From: a virus
Lineage: Duplodnaviria; Heunggongvirae; Uroviricota; Caudoviricetes
Direction: 5' to 3' (one strand)
IMG/VR virus record: IMGVR_UViG_3300028797_000113
DNA length: 64,000 bases
Part shown: positions 18,111-26,808 of the stretch, piece by piece
Position numbering within the stretch: position 1 is the first letter of the stretch
How the letters are laid out: every line of letters starts with the position of its first letter
The notes under the pieces: model-generated
What the model was told of the DNA's origin: nothing
The model's input: the letters and a program-made list of their open reading frames with translations, nothing else
Databases searched by the model: none
Program-made: the position numbers and the translations under genes

Positions 18111-18181
18111 AAGGACGTAGTTCAATGGTAGAACATCGGTCTCTAAAACTGACAATGTGTGTTCGACTCACACCGTTCTTG
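18111..18181 (+). tRNA. amber suppressor tRNA (anticodon CTA, reads UAG)
   Basis: Canonical cloverleaf: acceptor AAGGACG/CGTTCTT, D arm GTTC-AATGGTA-GAAC, anticodon stem TCGGT/ACTGA with loop CTCTAAA (T33, CTA, A37), T arm GTGTG-TTCGACT-CACAC. Confidence 0.75.
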
Positions 18182-18331
18182 GCGACTTAAATACTGTACA
18201 AGATGCCCCAATCTAATAAAAACATATCCCCCCCAGTTATGTTTGTAATCTATATGAAAAACACCACAAGTGATGTGTTCCACTCAAACACATTAACCCA
18301 TTCGAGTGTCGCAGTACAGTTGCTCGAACAT

Positions 18332-18403
18332 TGGGCTGTCGCCAAGCGGTAAGGCAACGGGTTTTGATCCCGTCATTCGCTGGTTCAAATCCAGCCAGTC
18401 CAG
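18332..18403 (+). tRNA. tRNA-Gln (anticodon TTG)
   Basis: TGGGCTG TC GCC-AAGCGGTAA-GGC A ACGGG-TTTTGAT-CCCGT CATTC GCTGG-TTCAAAT-CCAGC CAGTCCA G; nearly colinear with E. coli tRNA-Gln. Confidence 0.85.
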
Positions 18404-18438
18404 TACATTATTAAATTATATTTCAAAGGAGGAATATT

Positions 18439-18849
18439 ATGAACCGAGTAATTTTAATGGGACGCCTAACTAAAGACCCGGACATCAGAGGGGAAGGCAC
18501 CGCGCTTGTTGCTAAATATACTTTAGCAGTTGACCGTAAATACAAGAGAGATGAAGACGACAGCGTTGATTTTATTTCTTGTGTTGCCTTTAGTAAAGGC
18601 GCAGAATTTGCAGAGAAATATCTCAAAAAGGGAACTAAGATGTTGGTAAGCGGTCGTATTCAGACAGGTAGTTACACCAACAAGGACGGACAGAAAATTT
18701 ATACGACAGACGTCATCATCGAAGAACAGGAATTTGCGGAAAGCAAAAAGGCCTCCGAAGAATCAAACGGTGGCTCAAAATCCAAGGCAGCAGACCCCGA
18801 TGAAGATTTTATGAACATCAGCGATGCGGTTGACGATATGCCGTTCTAA
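18439..18849 (+). CDS. ssb: single-stranded DNA-binding protein
   Basis: SD aaggagg; OB-fold N-region (ILMGRLTKDP...GTALVAKYTLAV) and acidic C-terminal tail ...DDMPF. Confidence 0.85.
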   Translation: MNRVILMGRLTKDPDIRGEGTALVAKYTLAVDRKYKRDEDDSVDFISCVAFSKGAEFAEKYLKKGTKMLVSGRIQTGSYTNKDGQKIYTTDVIIEEQEFAESKKASEESNGGSKSKAADPDEDFMNISDAVDDMPF

Positions 18850-18875
18850 TTAAATTACACATTGATCGTGGTACT

Positions 18876-18918
18876 GAGAAGTGGAGAGCGAGAAGAAGCC
18901 GACCACTTCTCTTTAAAA
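18876..18918 (+). terminator. rho-independent terminator after ssb
   Basis: GAGAAGTGG-18-nt loop-CCACTTCTC perfect 9-bp stem followed by TTTAAAA. Confidence 0.6.
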
Positions 18919-18935
18919 CCCCAAAAGGAGGTTGT

Positions 18936-19556
18936 ATGCAATTAAAAACAAAATTAACCGAGTTAGTTAAGGCAGGCAACAACAAGATAGTTTCTATCGG
19001 CTCCCAGTCAGGATTTTTCTTTATCGGTTACCCACAAGAATTTCTTGAACAGGAAGAAGAATATAACAAGAGATGGGAATTAGCCTTTAAGCAGTCAGTG
19101 GCGGCGGCAACCACTGCATATAATAACTGTGTTAAGTCACCACCTGACCCGGACAGAGAAATTAAAAGGAAAGAACGTGACCCTAAGACAAACCGTATGA
19201 CAGATATGGTTGTCCCCATCGAAATTCTTGAAAAAGAATGGAAACAGAAATGCGATAACCTTGAAATCGCTATGCAAAGAGCAAACATGAAGGTTAATAA
19301 ATTTAAACCATTCGGAAAGAGAGAAGTCAAAGAGTGTTATCCGGGCCTTAACGATGATAAGGAAGTTATAATCATTAAGGGTTACGAAGTGGGAAGATAC
19401 TGGATGAAATCAGAATTTGATAAAGACACAAGAAAGGACTTATGTAATGGCTGCATACAGAAAACCCATGAAACAAAAAGCGGTGAAATCGTCGGGGATG
19501 TCGCCAAATATGACCAAGAAAAAGCCGACAAAACGGAAGAAACCGAATCCGTATAA
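18936..19556 (+). CDS. hypothetical protein
   Basis: SD aaaggaggttgt; 206 aa; no motif. Confidence 0.55.
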   Translation: MQLKTKLTELVKAGNNKIVSIGSQSGFFFIGYPQEFLEQEEEYNKRWELAFKQSVAAATTAYNNCVKSPPDPDREIKRKERDPKTNRMTDMVVPIEILEKEWKQKCDNLEIAMQRANMKVNKFKPFGKREVKECYPGLNDDKEVIIIKGYEVGRYWMKSEFDKDTRKDLCNGCIQKTHETKSGEIVGDVAKYDQEKADKTEETESV

Positions 19557-19782
19557 GGCGCCTCCGACAGTTAAAAGATATTATTCTGGAATTGCTTATG
19601 GAATAGACTTGTTGCGAGATGATTTAATTGAATCTTGCGACAGCGACATAGTAAAGCAATGGATAAAAGACCGGGCGCAACGCTTAAAGCAAGCGTCAAG
19701 TAAAAAACTCACAGACCTTGAGAAGAAAAAGACTAAAGAAAAACTTAAGGACTGGGAAGAAAGAGAGTGGGAAAACTTATGA
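19447..19782 (+). CDS. basic Lys-rich protein overlapping the previous gene by about 110 nt in another frame
   Basis: aagga then ATG 19447; KKKPTKRKKPNPYK; both frames stay open. Confidence 0.35.
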   Translation: MAAYRKPMKQKAVKSSGMSPNMTKKKPTKRKKPNPYKAPPTVKRYYSGIAYGIDLLRDDLIESCDSDIVKQWIKDRAQRLKQASSKKLTDLEKKKTKEKLKDWEEREWENL

Positions 19783-20066
19783 ATATATTTTCGATTACAG
19801 AACATGGCATCCCAATATTCGAAGGAACCATTGATCAGGTTGGCAATATGCTCAATATGACTCGATGTGACATTTATGATGCCATTGATGATTCGACTCT
19901 TATTAAGGGCAAATATTTAATTCACAAGAGAACCGAAGCAGAAATTTCAGCGAATATGTTACAGGAACATTTATATAATAGTGACGGTTCACGTAAGTAT
20001 GAATATCGTCAAGGGTTTCCTAATCGTTACAGAGATGCTTCATCAAGAAGATTTACGGCAATGTAA
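19779..20066 (+). CDS. hypothetical protein
   Basis: ATG 19779 overlapping upstream stop (cttATGA); 95 aa. Confidence 0.5.
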   Translation: MNIFSITEHGIPIFEGTIDQVGNMLNMTRCDIYDAIDDSTLIKGKYLIHKRTEAEISANMLQEHLYNSDGSRKYEYRQGFPNRYRDASSRRFTAM

Positions 20067-20077
20067 GGAGGTTAATT

Positions 20078-20383
20078 ATGGTAACTACAGAAGATATGTG
20101 TTTTGGCGACTGCGGTGCACCCTGTAATACTCATTGTACTTTATACGGCAGAAGCAGAACGGTCCTGATTTGTGATAAGTGCAAAGAAGAAACAGATGAC
20201 CTCTGGCAGTTCGGAAGAAAACAGTTATGTAAACACTGTTTGTTGGATTCCTTTGCAATTACTGAAGGTAAATGTGATGAATGCCAGTGCGAAGATACAT
20301 TGTATGATGTCGAAGGTAATCTGTTATGCGAAGACTGCGTAACCGAATTTTTTGACAAGGTTAAGGAGGACGACGATCAATGA
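20078..20383 (+). CDS. multi-Cys zinc-finger protein
   Basis: SD aaggaggtt; CFGDCGAPC...CDKCKEE...CKHC...CDECQC...CEDC. Confidence 0.55.
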   Translation: MVTTEDMCFGDCGAPCNTHCTLYGRSRTVLICDKCKEETDDLWQFGRKQLCKHCLLDSFAITEGKCDECQCEDTLYDVEGNLLCEDCVTEFFDKVKEDDDQ

Positions 20384-21066
20384 ATGTCTTAGTAGTATGC
20401 GAAGAAAGCCAAAGAGTTGCCTCTGCTTTTAGAGAGCTTGGCCACAATGCTTTCTCTTGTGACATAATTGATTGTTCTGGCGGACATCCTGAATGGCATA
20501 TTAAACATGACTGCATACCATTATTGAATGGACGATGTACTTTTCAAACTTGCGACGGCAAGATGTACACTTTGCTTGGACCGTGGGACTTAATTATAGC
20601 ACATCCACCTTGCACGTTCTTAACAAACACTGGAAACAGATGGTTTGACGTTGAGAAATATGGCGAAGCAGCGATACAGAGAGAAAAAGACAGAGAAGAA
20701 GCAATTAAGTTCTTTATGACCATTGCGAATTGCGACTGCAAAAGAATAGCGATTGAAAATCCGATAGGCGTTATGAGTACACGATTTCGCAAGCCTAATC
20801 AGATTATTCATCCATATATGTTTGGTGATCCCGAGAGAAAAGCCACGTGCTTATGGCTTAAGAACTTGCCAAACTTAGAGCCTACGAACATTGTAGAGCC
20901 AAACATCATTCATTACAAGAATGGAAAAGGAACTGATTCTCCTTGGCACGTAAACACAATGTCGTTACCTAAGGAAGAGAGAACAAAAGAGAGAAGCAAA
21001 ACATTTCCGGGCATAGCCAAGGCTATTGCAGAGCAATGGGGAAAGTTAGGAGGCAATAATGAATAA
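20380..21066 (+). CDS. C5-cytosine-methyltransferase-like protein with degenerate motif I
   Basis: IAHPPCTFLT (motif IV PCQ-like), AIENPIGV (motif VI ENV-like) and N-terminal LVVCEESQRVASAFRELGHNAFSCDI in place of the FxGxGG loop; only 228 aa. Confidence 0.45.
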   Translation: MNVLVVCEESQRVASAFRELGHNAFSCDIIDCSGGHPEWHIKHDCIPLLNGRCTFQTCDGKMYTLLGPWDLIIAHPPCTFLTNTGNRWFDVEKYGEAAIQREKDREEAIKFFMTIANCDCKRIAIENPIGVMSTRFRKPNQIIHPYMFGDPERKATCLWLKNLPNLEPTNIVEPNIIHYKNGKGTDSPWHVNTMSLPKEERTKERSKTFPGIAKAIAEQWGKLGGNNE

Positions 21067-21610
21067 TCAAGGAGCAAAAGCAGATGCGGGCAAGTTGCCA
21101 TTAACTCTTGTGCCGTTAGAAATTATCAGAAACATAGCCGCAATACGTCGCTATGGAAAAAATAAATATGGTTCATCAGAGAACTGGAAAACAATTGAAC
21201 CTGAAAGATACAGAGATGCAATGTTCAGACATATGTTGCTGTATATCGAAGACCCTTATGGCGTTGACGAAGAAAGTGGACTGCCTCATTTATGGCACTT
21301 GGCCTGCAATGTGGCTTTCTTATGCGAATTGCAAAAAGATGGGTTTAAGTCCGGGAGCACTGGAGTAAATATAAAGGATATTAAATGTCTGGATTTATCA
21401 GGTGCAACAGAAACGCAGAAATCGAAATTAAAAGATATGCTTGTTGCATCGGCACAAGCAGAATTACAAGAGTATGGCACTGTTGTAACACCTAATAATG
21501 TACCAAATAGTACAGTTGATGCCGATGGTTTCGACTGGAAGGAAGGCGATTATGTTAAGCCATCCGACAAAGATTACGAAACAAATTTTGGCGGAATGAC
21601 AACGAAATAA
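21059..21610 (+). CDS. dATP/dGTP diphosphohydrolase-like (MazG-like, DUF5664/PF18909-type) protein
   Basis: DAGKLPLTLVPLEIIRNIAAIRRYGKNKYGSSENWK and DEESGLPHLWHLACNVAFLCEL match the N-domain signature of this phage family as I recall it. Confidence 0.55.
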   Translation: MNNQGAKADAGKLPLTLVPLEIIRNIAAIRRYGKNKYGSSENWKTIEPERYRDAMFRHMLLYIEDPYGVDEESGLPHLWHLACNVAFLCELQKDGFKSGSTGVNIKDIKCLDLSGATETQKSKLKDMLVASAQAELQEYGTVVTPNNVPNSTVDADGFDWKEGDYVKPSDKDYETNFGGMTTK

Positions 21611-21623
21611 AGGAGGAAAAAAT

Positions 21624-21911
21624 ATGATACCGCATTGGGTGAATGTTGCTTGTGATGGAAATCCGGGAGCTTTGAATTTCATTATGGAAGTCATAGCGCT
21701 CGTAGGATTTGATAAAGCAGAGGAATACTTTAAGAAACTACATAATAAGCACATTGTCGGTTCCGAGTTGTATATTCTTTGGAATGATTGTTGTGACAGA
21801 AACACTTTAATCGCTATGAACATAATGAACACACATAGCCTTGATGATATTGTTGAACACATAAATGCCAAGAATGGCAGAGGAATTTCTTATTTAAGGG
21901 AGGATAAATAA
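21624..21911 (+). CDS. hypothetical protein
   Basis: SD aaaggagg; 95 aa. Confidence 0.5.
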   Translation: MIPHWVNVACDGNPGALNFIMEVIALVGFDKAEEYFKKLHNKHIVGSELYILWNDCCDRNTLIAMNIMNTHSLDDIVEHINAKNGRGISYLREDK

Positions 21912-22429
21912 TGGGCAAGATAACAATTTTTGATTTAGATGCAGGTATCGGCAACGTATTAGACGCTCTTGATAATCTCGTAGACATGGAAACTGGTGAG
22001 ATTACGGATGAAGAACAGTTTAATCTATTAAGGACTGAACTCGATGCCTTGGCAGAGAAGAGAGACGAAAAGATTTCTAACATCGCCTGCTGGATCAAGC
22101 AGTTAGAGTCCGATGCCGAAGCAATTAAGAAAGAAAAAATGAAACTGGCCGCAAGGCAGAAAGCAGCAGAGAACAAGGCCAACAACCTTAAGAGATACCT
22201 TGGTTTTGCATTAAACGGCGAGAAGTTTAAAGATGCAAGAGTAAGTATTTCTTATAGACCGTCACGAACAGTAGAGTTTGCCGAAGGCTTTAATTACTTT
22301 AATCTGCCTGAAGAGTTTCAGAAAATTACTTGTGAACCTCGTAGGACAGAACTCAAAGAAGCACTCGAAAACGGACTTACTATTGACGGTGTCGAAATTG
22401 TAGAGAAATCCAATATGCAAATCCGATAA
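21911..22429 (+). CDS. Gp157-like (siphovirus replication-module) protein
   Basis: 172 aa coiled-coil protein directly upstream of the primase-helicase; resembles Sipho_Gp157 by position and composition. Confidence 0.4.
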   Translation: MGKITIFDLDAGIGNVLDALDNLVDMETGEITDEEQFNLLRTELDALAEKRDEKISNIACWIKQLESDAEAIKKEKMKLAARQKAAENKANNLKRYLGFALNGEKFKDARVSISYRPSRTVEFAEGFNYFNLPEEFQKITCEPRRTELKEALENGLTIDGVEIVEKSNMQIR

Positions 22430-22457
22430 ACTACACTAATAGAAATGGGGCATTCAG

Positions 22458-24380
22458 ATGTTAGTTGACAATGAAAAGTTAGAGCAAGCGAAAATAGCAT
22501 TGGCTAGTGAAACGCCTGACTTAATAGCAGAGTTGATGAATCTGCAACAATATGATTCAAGAAATCATAAAGCTCTTTGCCCTTTTCATAACGAAGATAC
22601 TCCGAGTTTTGTATGGGACCCGAAGCGCCACAGATATATGTGCTTTGGGTGCCACGCTACCGCGGATATTGTGACTGCTTATACATCCACCGGGCTGACA
22701 TTCTTGGAGGCTTGCGAAAAGATATTCGAAAAGGCTGGAATTACATATGCCTTTGGCGAAAAGGGTGTAAAAACGCAGGCACAATACCGTTATCCGCACG
22801 AGGAACCGTTGAATGACAAAGAGAAAATAACTGAATATTTTGAGAAGCGCTGCATTTCAAGAGCCACTCTCGACCATTGCGATGTAAGAGAAGATGAAAA
22901 GGGCAATGCAGTATTTAACTATTACGACACTAACGATGTTTTAACTCTGGTTAAATACAAGCCCTCTCACAAAGTCAAAAAGGGAGAGAACAAATCGTGG
23001 TGTCAGAAGAATGCAGACTCAAGACCTCTCTTGTTTAATATGAACAGAGTTACGCCCACCCAAGCGCTTTTGATTACGGAGGGCGAACCCGATTGTCTTG
23101 CGGCTATTGAAGCAGGCTATATGAATACGGTTGCAGTTCCTTTAGGTGCCAACAACTACGGTTGGATCGAAGAGAACTGGGACTTCCTTGAACAGTTTAA
23201 TTCTATCATCCTTGCATTTGACAATGATGAAGCAGGATATAAGGCCACAAAGGAAGTTATTTATCGTTTGGGAACATGGCGAACAAGCCTTATGGATATA
23301 CCTGAAACGACAGAATATTGGGGCGACGAAGTCAAAGTAAAAGACATTAACGAATTGCTTTACTATTGCGGTAAAGAAGCCGTCCTGAATGCGATTATCA
23401 ACGCAAAAGACTCTCCCGTGCAGTCAGTTGTTGACTTTTCCACGGTTGAGGATATTGATATTGATAATATGCCGGGCATATACACTGGGTTTAAACAGGT
23501 CGACAAAGTCATCGGTAAGATTTTCTATTCGATGGTAACCATTGTAAGTGGTCTTCCGTCGTCTGGTAAAAGTTCTTTTTTAAACCAAATCATAAGCAAC
23601 GTCATTGATAGTGGCGAAAAGGTTTGGATATTCTCTAAAGAGATGAACGCGAATATCTTATCTAACTGGTTGACCATAAGCCTTGCAGGCACTGGAAACC
23701 TTAAGCAGTATGAGAACAGTTACACTGGAGAACCGTTCTACAAACTGCCGACAGAAACAAAAAGAAAAATCAGAGAGTATTATAACGAACAGTTATACAT
23801 CTACAAAGACGATGCACCTAATGATGAGGATTCACTTTTTGAAAGTATGGAAGAATGTGTCCGTAAGTTTGGCATACGAACACTGATAATTGACAACTTA
23901 ATGTGTATCGCATTAAAGAACGGCACGAGCGATAAATATGATGCTCAGACAGACTTCTTTAACAGGCTCTTGAGTTTCGCAAAGAAGTTCAATGTGGCAA
24001 TTATCATTGTATGTCATCCGAAGAAGCTTCCGGCTGGCGTCAGAGAAGTAGATATGTATGACATAAGCGGTTCGTCAAACATAATTAACTTAGCGCATTT
24101 AAGTTTTGCGTTAAGGAGAGTCACAAAAAAGGAAAAGGAAGACCCGAAGTGTCCTTACGCTAAATATGATGTAATGCTTTCTATCATCAAAGACAGAATA
24201 CAGGGACGTAACGGTGTCGACGTTCCGTTTTATTATGATAATCCGTCACGTAGGTTCTATACTAACTTTGAAGAATATAGGCGAGACTTTAAGTGGGATA
24301 GCGAACACACCAATAAAGACTTGCCGATGCCTGAAAAGTTAGTAGATTATGCAGAAGAGTTATATGGAGATAAAAAATGA
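22458..24380 (+). CDS. bifunctional DNA primase / DnaB-like helicase (T7 gp4-like)
   Basis: CHC2 zinc finger CPFHNEDTPSF...CFGCH, TOPRIM LITEGEPDCLAA...DNDEAG, Walker A VSGLPSSGKSSF and helicase motifs in the C-terminal half. Confidence 0.85.
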   Translation: MLVDNEKLEQAKIALASETPDLIAELMNLQQYDSRNHKALCPFHNEDTPSFVWDPKRHRYMCFGCHATADIVTAYTSTGLTFLEACEKIFEKAGITYAFGEKGVKTQAQYRYPHEEPLNDKEKITEYFEKRCISRATLDHCDVREDEKGNAVFNYYDTNDVLTLVKYKPSHKVKKGENKSWCQKNADSRPLLFNMNRVTPTQALLITEGEPDCLAAIEAGYMNTVAVPLGANNYGWIEENWDFLEQFNSIILAFDNDEAGYKATKEVIYRLGTWRTSLMDIPETTEYWGDEVKVKDINELLYYCGKEAVLNAIINAKDSPVQSVVDFSTVEDIDIDNMPGIYTGFKQVDKVIGKIFYSMVTIVSGLPSSGKSSFLNQIISNVIDSGEKVWIFSKEMNANILSNWLTISLAGTGNLKQYENSYTGEPFYKLPTETKRKIREYYNEQLYIYKDDAPNDEDSLFESMEECVRKFGIRTLIIDNLMCIALKNGTSDKYDAQTDFFNRLLSFAKKFNVAIIIVCHPKKLPAGVREVDMYDISGSSNIINLAHLSFALRRVTKKEKEDPKCPYAKYDVMLSIIKDRIQGRNGVDVPFYYDNPSRRFYTNFEEYRRDFKWDSEHTNKDLPMPEKLVDYAEELYGDKK

Positions 24381-24721
24381 TTACGCAAGGAATGAAAATA
24401 AAGGTTTTTCCTGATACTAATATTCAGGCCTACAAAGATATGATTTATGACGAGGGTTATTTTTGTTCGTTAGAAGGCGAATATTTAGTAGTCGGAAGGG
24501 CATTTAAAAACATGTCAAAGAAAACTTGGTTCTCCTACCGCTTTAACGAATGGAGAGTAAGAGCAAGGTTATCTAAACAAGAAGCGGCCGAAATGTTAGG
24601 CGTATTAAAACCTACCATTGACCGTTGGGAATCGGGCGCAACACTGCCAAGCAGTGAATGTAGGCCCATAATTACCGAAATAACTGGTATAGAGTTTGAA
24701 ACCATAGGGGGATCAACATGA
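24377..24721 (+). CDS. protein with C-terminal XRE-type HTH
   Basis: LSKQEAAEMLGVLKPTIDRWESGATLPS resembles HTH_3. Confidence 0.5.
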   Translation: MITQGMKIKVFPDTNIQAYKDMIYDEGYFCSLEGEYLVVGRAFKNMSKKTWFSYRFNEWRVRARLSKQEAAEMLGVLKPTIDRWESGATLPSSECRPIITEITGIEFETIGGST

Positions 24722-24939
24722 TGAACACTTTTATGTCTGCTGCCGAATACGAGAGAGCAATGAAAGAACTAGCTGGCAACAATGCTTATATGACAAACGG
24801 TGTGAATACCGAATATGATTCAGAAGCCTTTCATAAACAAGCAGATGATTTGATGTGCAAGGTTCTCAGAGGACTTGGTTATTCGGCCGGATGTGACATA
24901 TATGATAAAATACCAAAATATTATTCTAAGGAGGTTTAG
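24718..24939 (+). CDS. hypothetical protein
   Basis: ATGA-coupled; 73 aa. Confidence 0.5.
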   Translation: MMNTFMSAAEYERAMKELAGNNAYMTNGVNTEYDSEAFHKQADDLMCKVLRGLGYSAGCDIYDKIPKYYSKEV

Positions 24940-24944
24940 CAACT

Positions 24945-25145
24945 ATGAAAAAAATGATCGTGTACAATTTGACAAACGAGAGAGGGGACGTCGTAAAGAA
25001 GTTAGGCTTTGCGTGTCCTGACTGTCAGAAAGTATATAGTGAATTGCGTATGAGATACGAAAAGACATCAATCACTTGTACTTGTGGAACGAAGTTGAAG
25101 AATCCGATGTGGGAGGTAGCGTATGAATCAGATGAAGACCGTTAG
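24945..25145 (+). CDS. zinc-ribbon small protein
   Basis: CPDCQ...CTCG. Confidence 0.5.
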   Translation: MKKMIVYNLTNERGDVVKKLGFACPDCQKVYSELRMRYEKTSITCTCGTKLKNPMWEVAYESDEDR

Positions 25146-25365
25146 AAAATATTTAGAAGATGGCAACTCTTTAACCAGTATGGAAGCCTTTAGAAAGTGG
25201 GGCATTACAAGATTATCCGATAAGATTTTTAAGTTGAGGCAGACCGGGTTACAAATAGACTCCATCCCGACCGAAGGAAAGAATCGTTTTGGCGACACCG
25301 TTCACTTCTCAACATACAGATTATCTTGTGTTAATGACATATTAAAAGAAGGGGAAGGCAAATGA
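25123..25365 (+). CDS. putative winged-HTH DNA-binding protein
   Basis: LTSMEAFRKWGITRLSDKIFKLRQTGLQI...RFGDTVHFSTYRL pattern. Confidence 0.45.
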   Translation: MNQMKTVRKYLEDGNSLTSMEAFRKWGITRLSDKIFKLRQTGLQIDSIPTEGKNRFGDTVHFSTYRLSCVNDILKEGEGK

Positions 25366-25505
25366 TAATTACTATAATAGTTGGGTTTATTTGTTTCGTT
25401 GTTGGCGGATGTTGTGGCTTTGTTATGATGGCACTTATGGTGGCAGCAAGCCGTGAGGATCAGCGCAGAGAAAGGGAAGCGGATGATATACGAATACACG
25501 AGTCC
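25362..25505 (+). CDS. small membrane peptide (47 aa, not in ORF track)
   Basis: ATG overlapping upstream stop; IITIIVGFICFVVGGCCGFVMMALMVAA TM segment. Confidence 0.35.
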
Positions 25506-25689
25506 TAACGGATATAAAGGTAGAATGTATCAGGGCGCGAGACCGGGTTGCACTTCCGTGTCTATTCGTGATAAGAACGGCAAGGAAGTGTTTCACTCGG
25601 GCTTCTCAAACTGCAAAACATTTCAAGATTTAAAAGATGAAGTAGATGATTTTCCAGAATTTTTAAAATTGCTGACTAAGGAGGACTGA
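25483..25689 (+). CDS. hypothetical protein
   Basis: ATG 25483 after gggaag; 68 aa. Confidence 0.45.
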   Translation: MIYEYTSPNGYKGRMYQGARPGCTSVSIRDKNGKEVFHSGFSNCKTFQDLKDEVDDFPEFLKLLTKED

Positions 25690-25769
25690 AATGAAATTTT
25701 GGGGCTATTTATTTATAATTTTATTTGCCATTGTAGTGCTTTTATTTTTCAACGAATGGAGGAAATAAG

Positions 25770-26120
25770 ATGGTTACAGTTATTTGTGACAGATGCAAAG
25801 AAACCATTGTCACATTAGATAGCACAAGCAAAATAAGCGACTATGTATCGTATGTCGAAGTACATAAAACCATTTTAGAGACTTTATATTCTGGCGGAAA
25901 CAGTCGCTATTGTTTGTGTGACAAATGCATTAAAGATTTTCTGTACTGGCGACGTAACTCGAAACCAACATTTACTTCTGAAGAAGTGTGCGACAAACTT
26001 GTCGAGGTGGGGCAACATGACCATTCCCGATTTAAGTTAAATGAAACAATTATGTATAGTCCATCAGAAGTTAAACACATATTGGATGGTACATATGTCT
26101 CTAAAGGAGAACAAAAATGA
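25770..26120 (+). CDS. Cys-rich protein
   Basis: SD ggaggaaataag; CDRCKE...CLCDKC. Confidence 0.5.
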   Translation: MVTVICDRCKETIVTLDSTSKISDYVSYVEVHKTILETLYSGGNSRYCLCDKCIKDFLYWRRNSKPTFTSEEVCDKLVEVGQHDHSRFKLNETIMYSPSEVKHILDGTYVSKGEQK

Positions 26121-26350
26121 AAGATTCAGGGATAATACCCATAGCGATAGCCATTGGATGTGTCATCATATTGCTCGCATTTGCTTGGCTTATAGATTCA
26201 GTTGCAGATACATACAAATGGAATACTGGACGCTGCCAATGTGGTGGCAGTTGGGTATATGAGCAAGCCGTCGGACACGATTGGTGGACAAGTTATATAT
26301 ATCACTGTAATAAATGTGGAAAAGCAATTGAAATCACGCAAAGGAGATAA
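26117..26350 (+). CDS. TM plus zinc-ribbon small protein
   Basis: IIPIAIAIGCVIILLAFAWLI TM then CQCGG...CNKCGKA. Confidence 0.5.
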   Translation: MKDSGIIPIAIAIGCVIILLAFAWLIDSVADTYKWNTGRCQCGGSWVYEQAVGHDWWTSYIYHCNKCGKAIEITQRR

Positions 26351-26352
26351 AT

Positions 26353-26799
26353 ATGTTTGAATCGGCAGAACAAAGAGTATGGTTGCCAGTCGCAGAATCA
26401 TCGATCGACAACATCAGCGACAAAATCCGACAAACGCGATATGCTATAGACACCGTGGTGACGTGTCACGAAATAAGTCGAGATGCTCATTCTTCTCTTA
26501 CCCGAGCAGAAATCGATCCTAATGCTCTTATGAGCGCGTTATTAGGAATGCAAGACATCCTCAATTCGTTAGATAGAGAAAATAGTCAAACTAAGACATT
26601 GATGAATACCACAAATCAAATTGTCGGAGACAACCTTGGTTACATGAAGTCCAAAATGCATAACCACATCTCTTATATCCACGAGTGTGTTAACTGCGGA
26701 CACGCGTTGGAAGTGCCTGAGAACAACGGCATATTTAACTGTAAGTATTGTGGTTCAGTATATGCTATTGGACCGACACGAATTTCTTGTGAATATTAG
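26353..26799 (+). CDS. hypothetical protein with C-terminal zinc ribbon
   Basis: CVNCGH...CKYCGS. Confidence 0.5.
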   Translation: MFESAEQRVWLPVAESSIDNISDKIRQTRYAIDTVVTCHEISRDAHSSLTRAEIDPNALMSALLGMQDILNSLDRENSQTKTLMNTTNQIVGDNLGYMKSKMHNHISYIHECVNCGHALEVPENNGIFNCKYCGSVYAIGPTRISCEY

Positions 26800-26808
26800 G
26801 AGGTAATT

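Noticed and set aside
17297-18420. tmRNA in the structured-RNA region
   Set aside because: No GGnnnCGACGGG 5' signature, no tag-peptide reading frame, and no acceptor pairing across a 300+ nt span was found.
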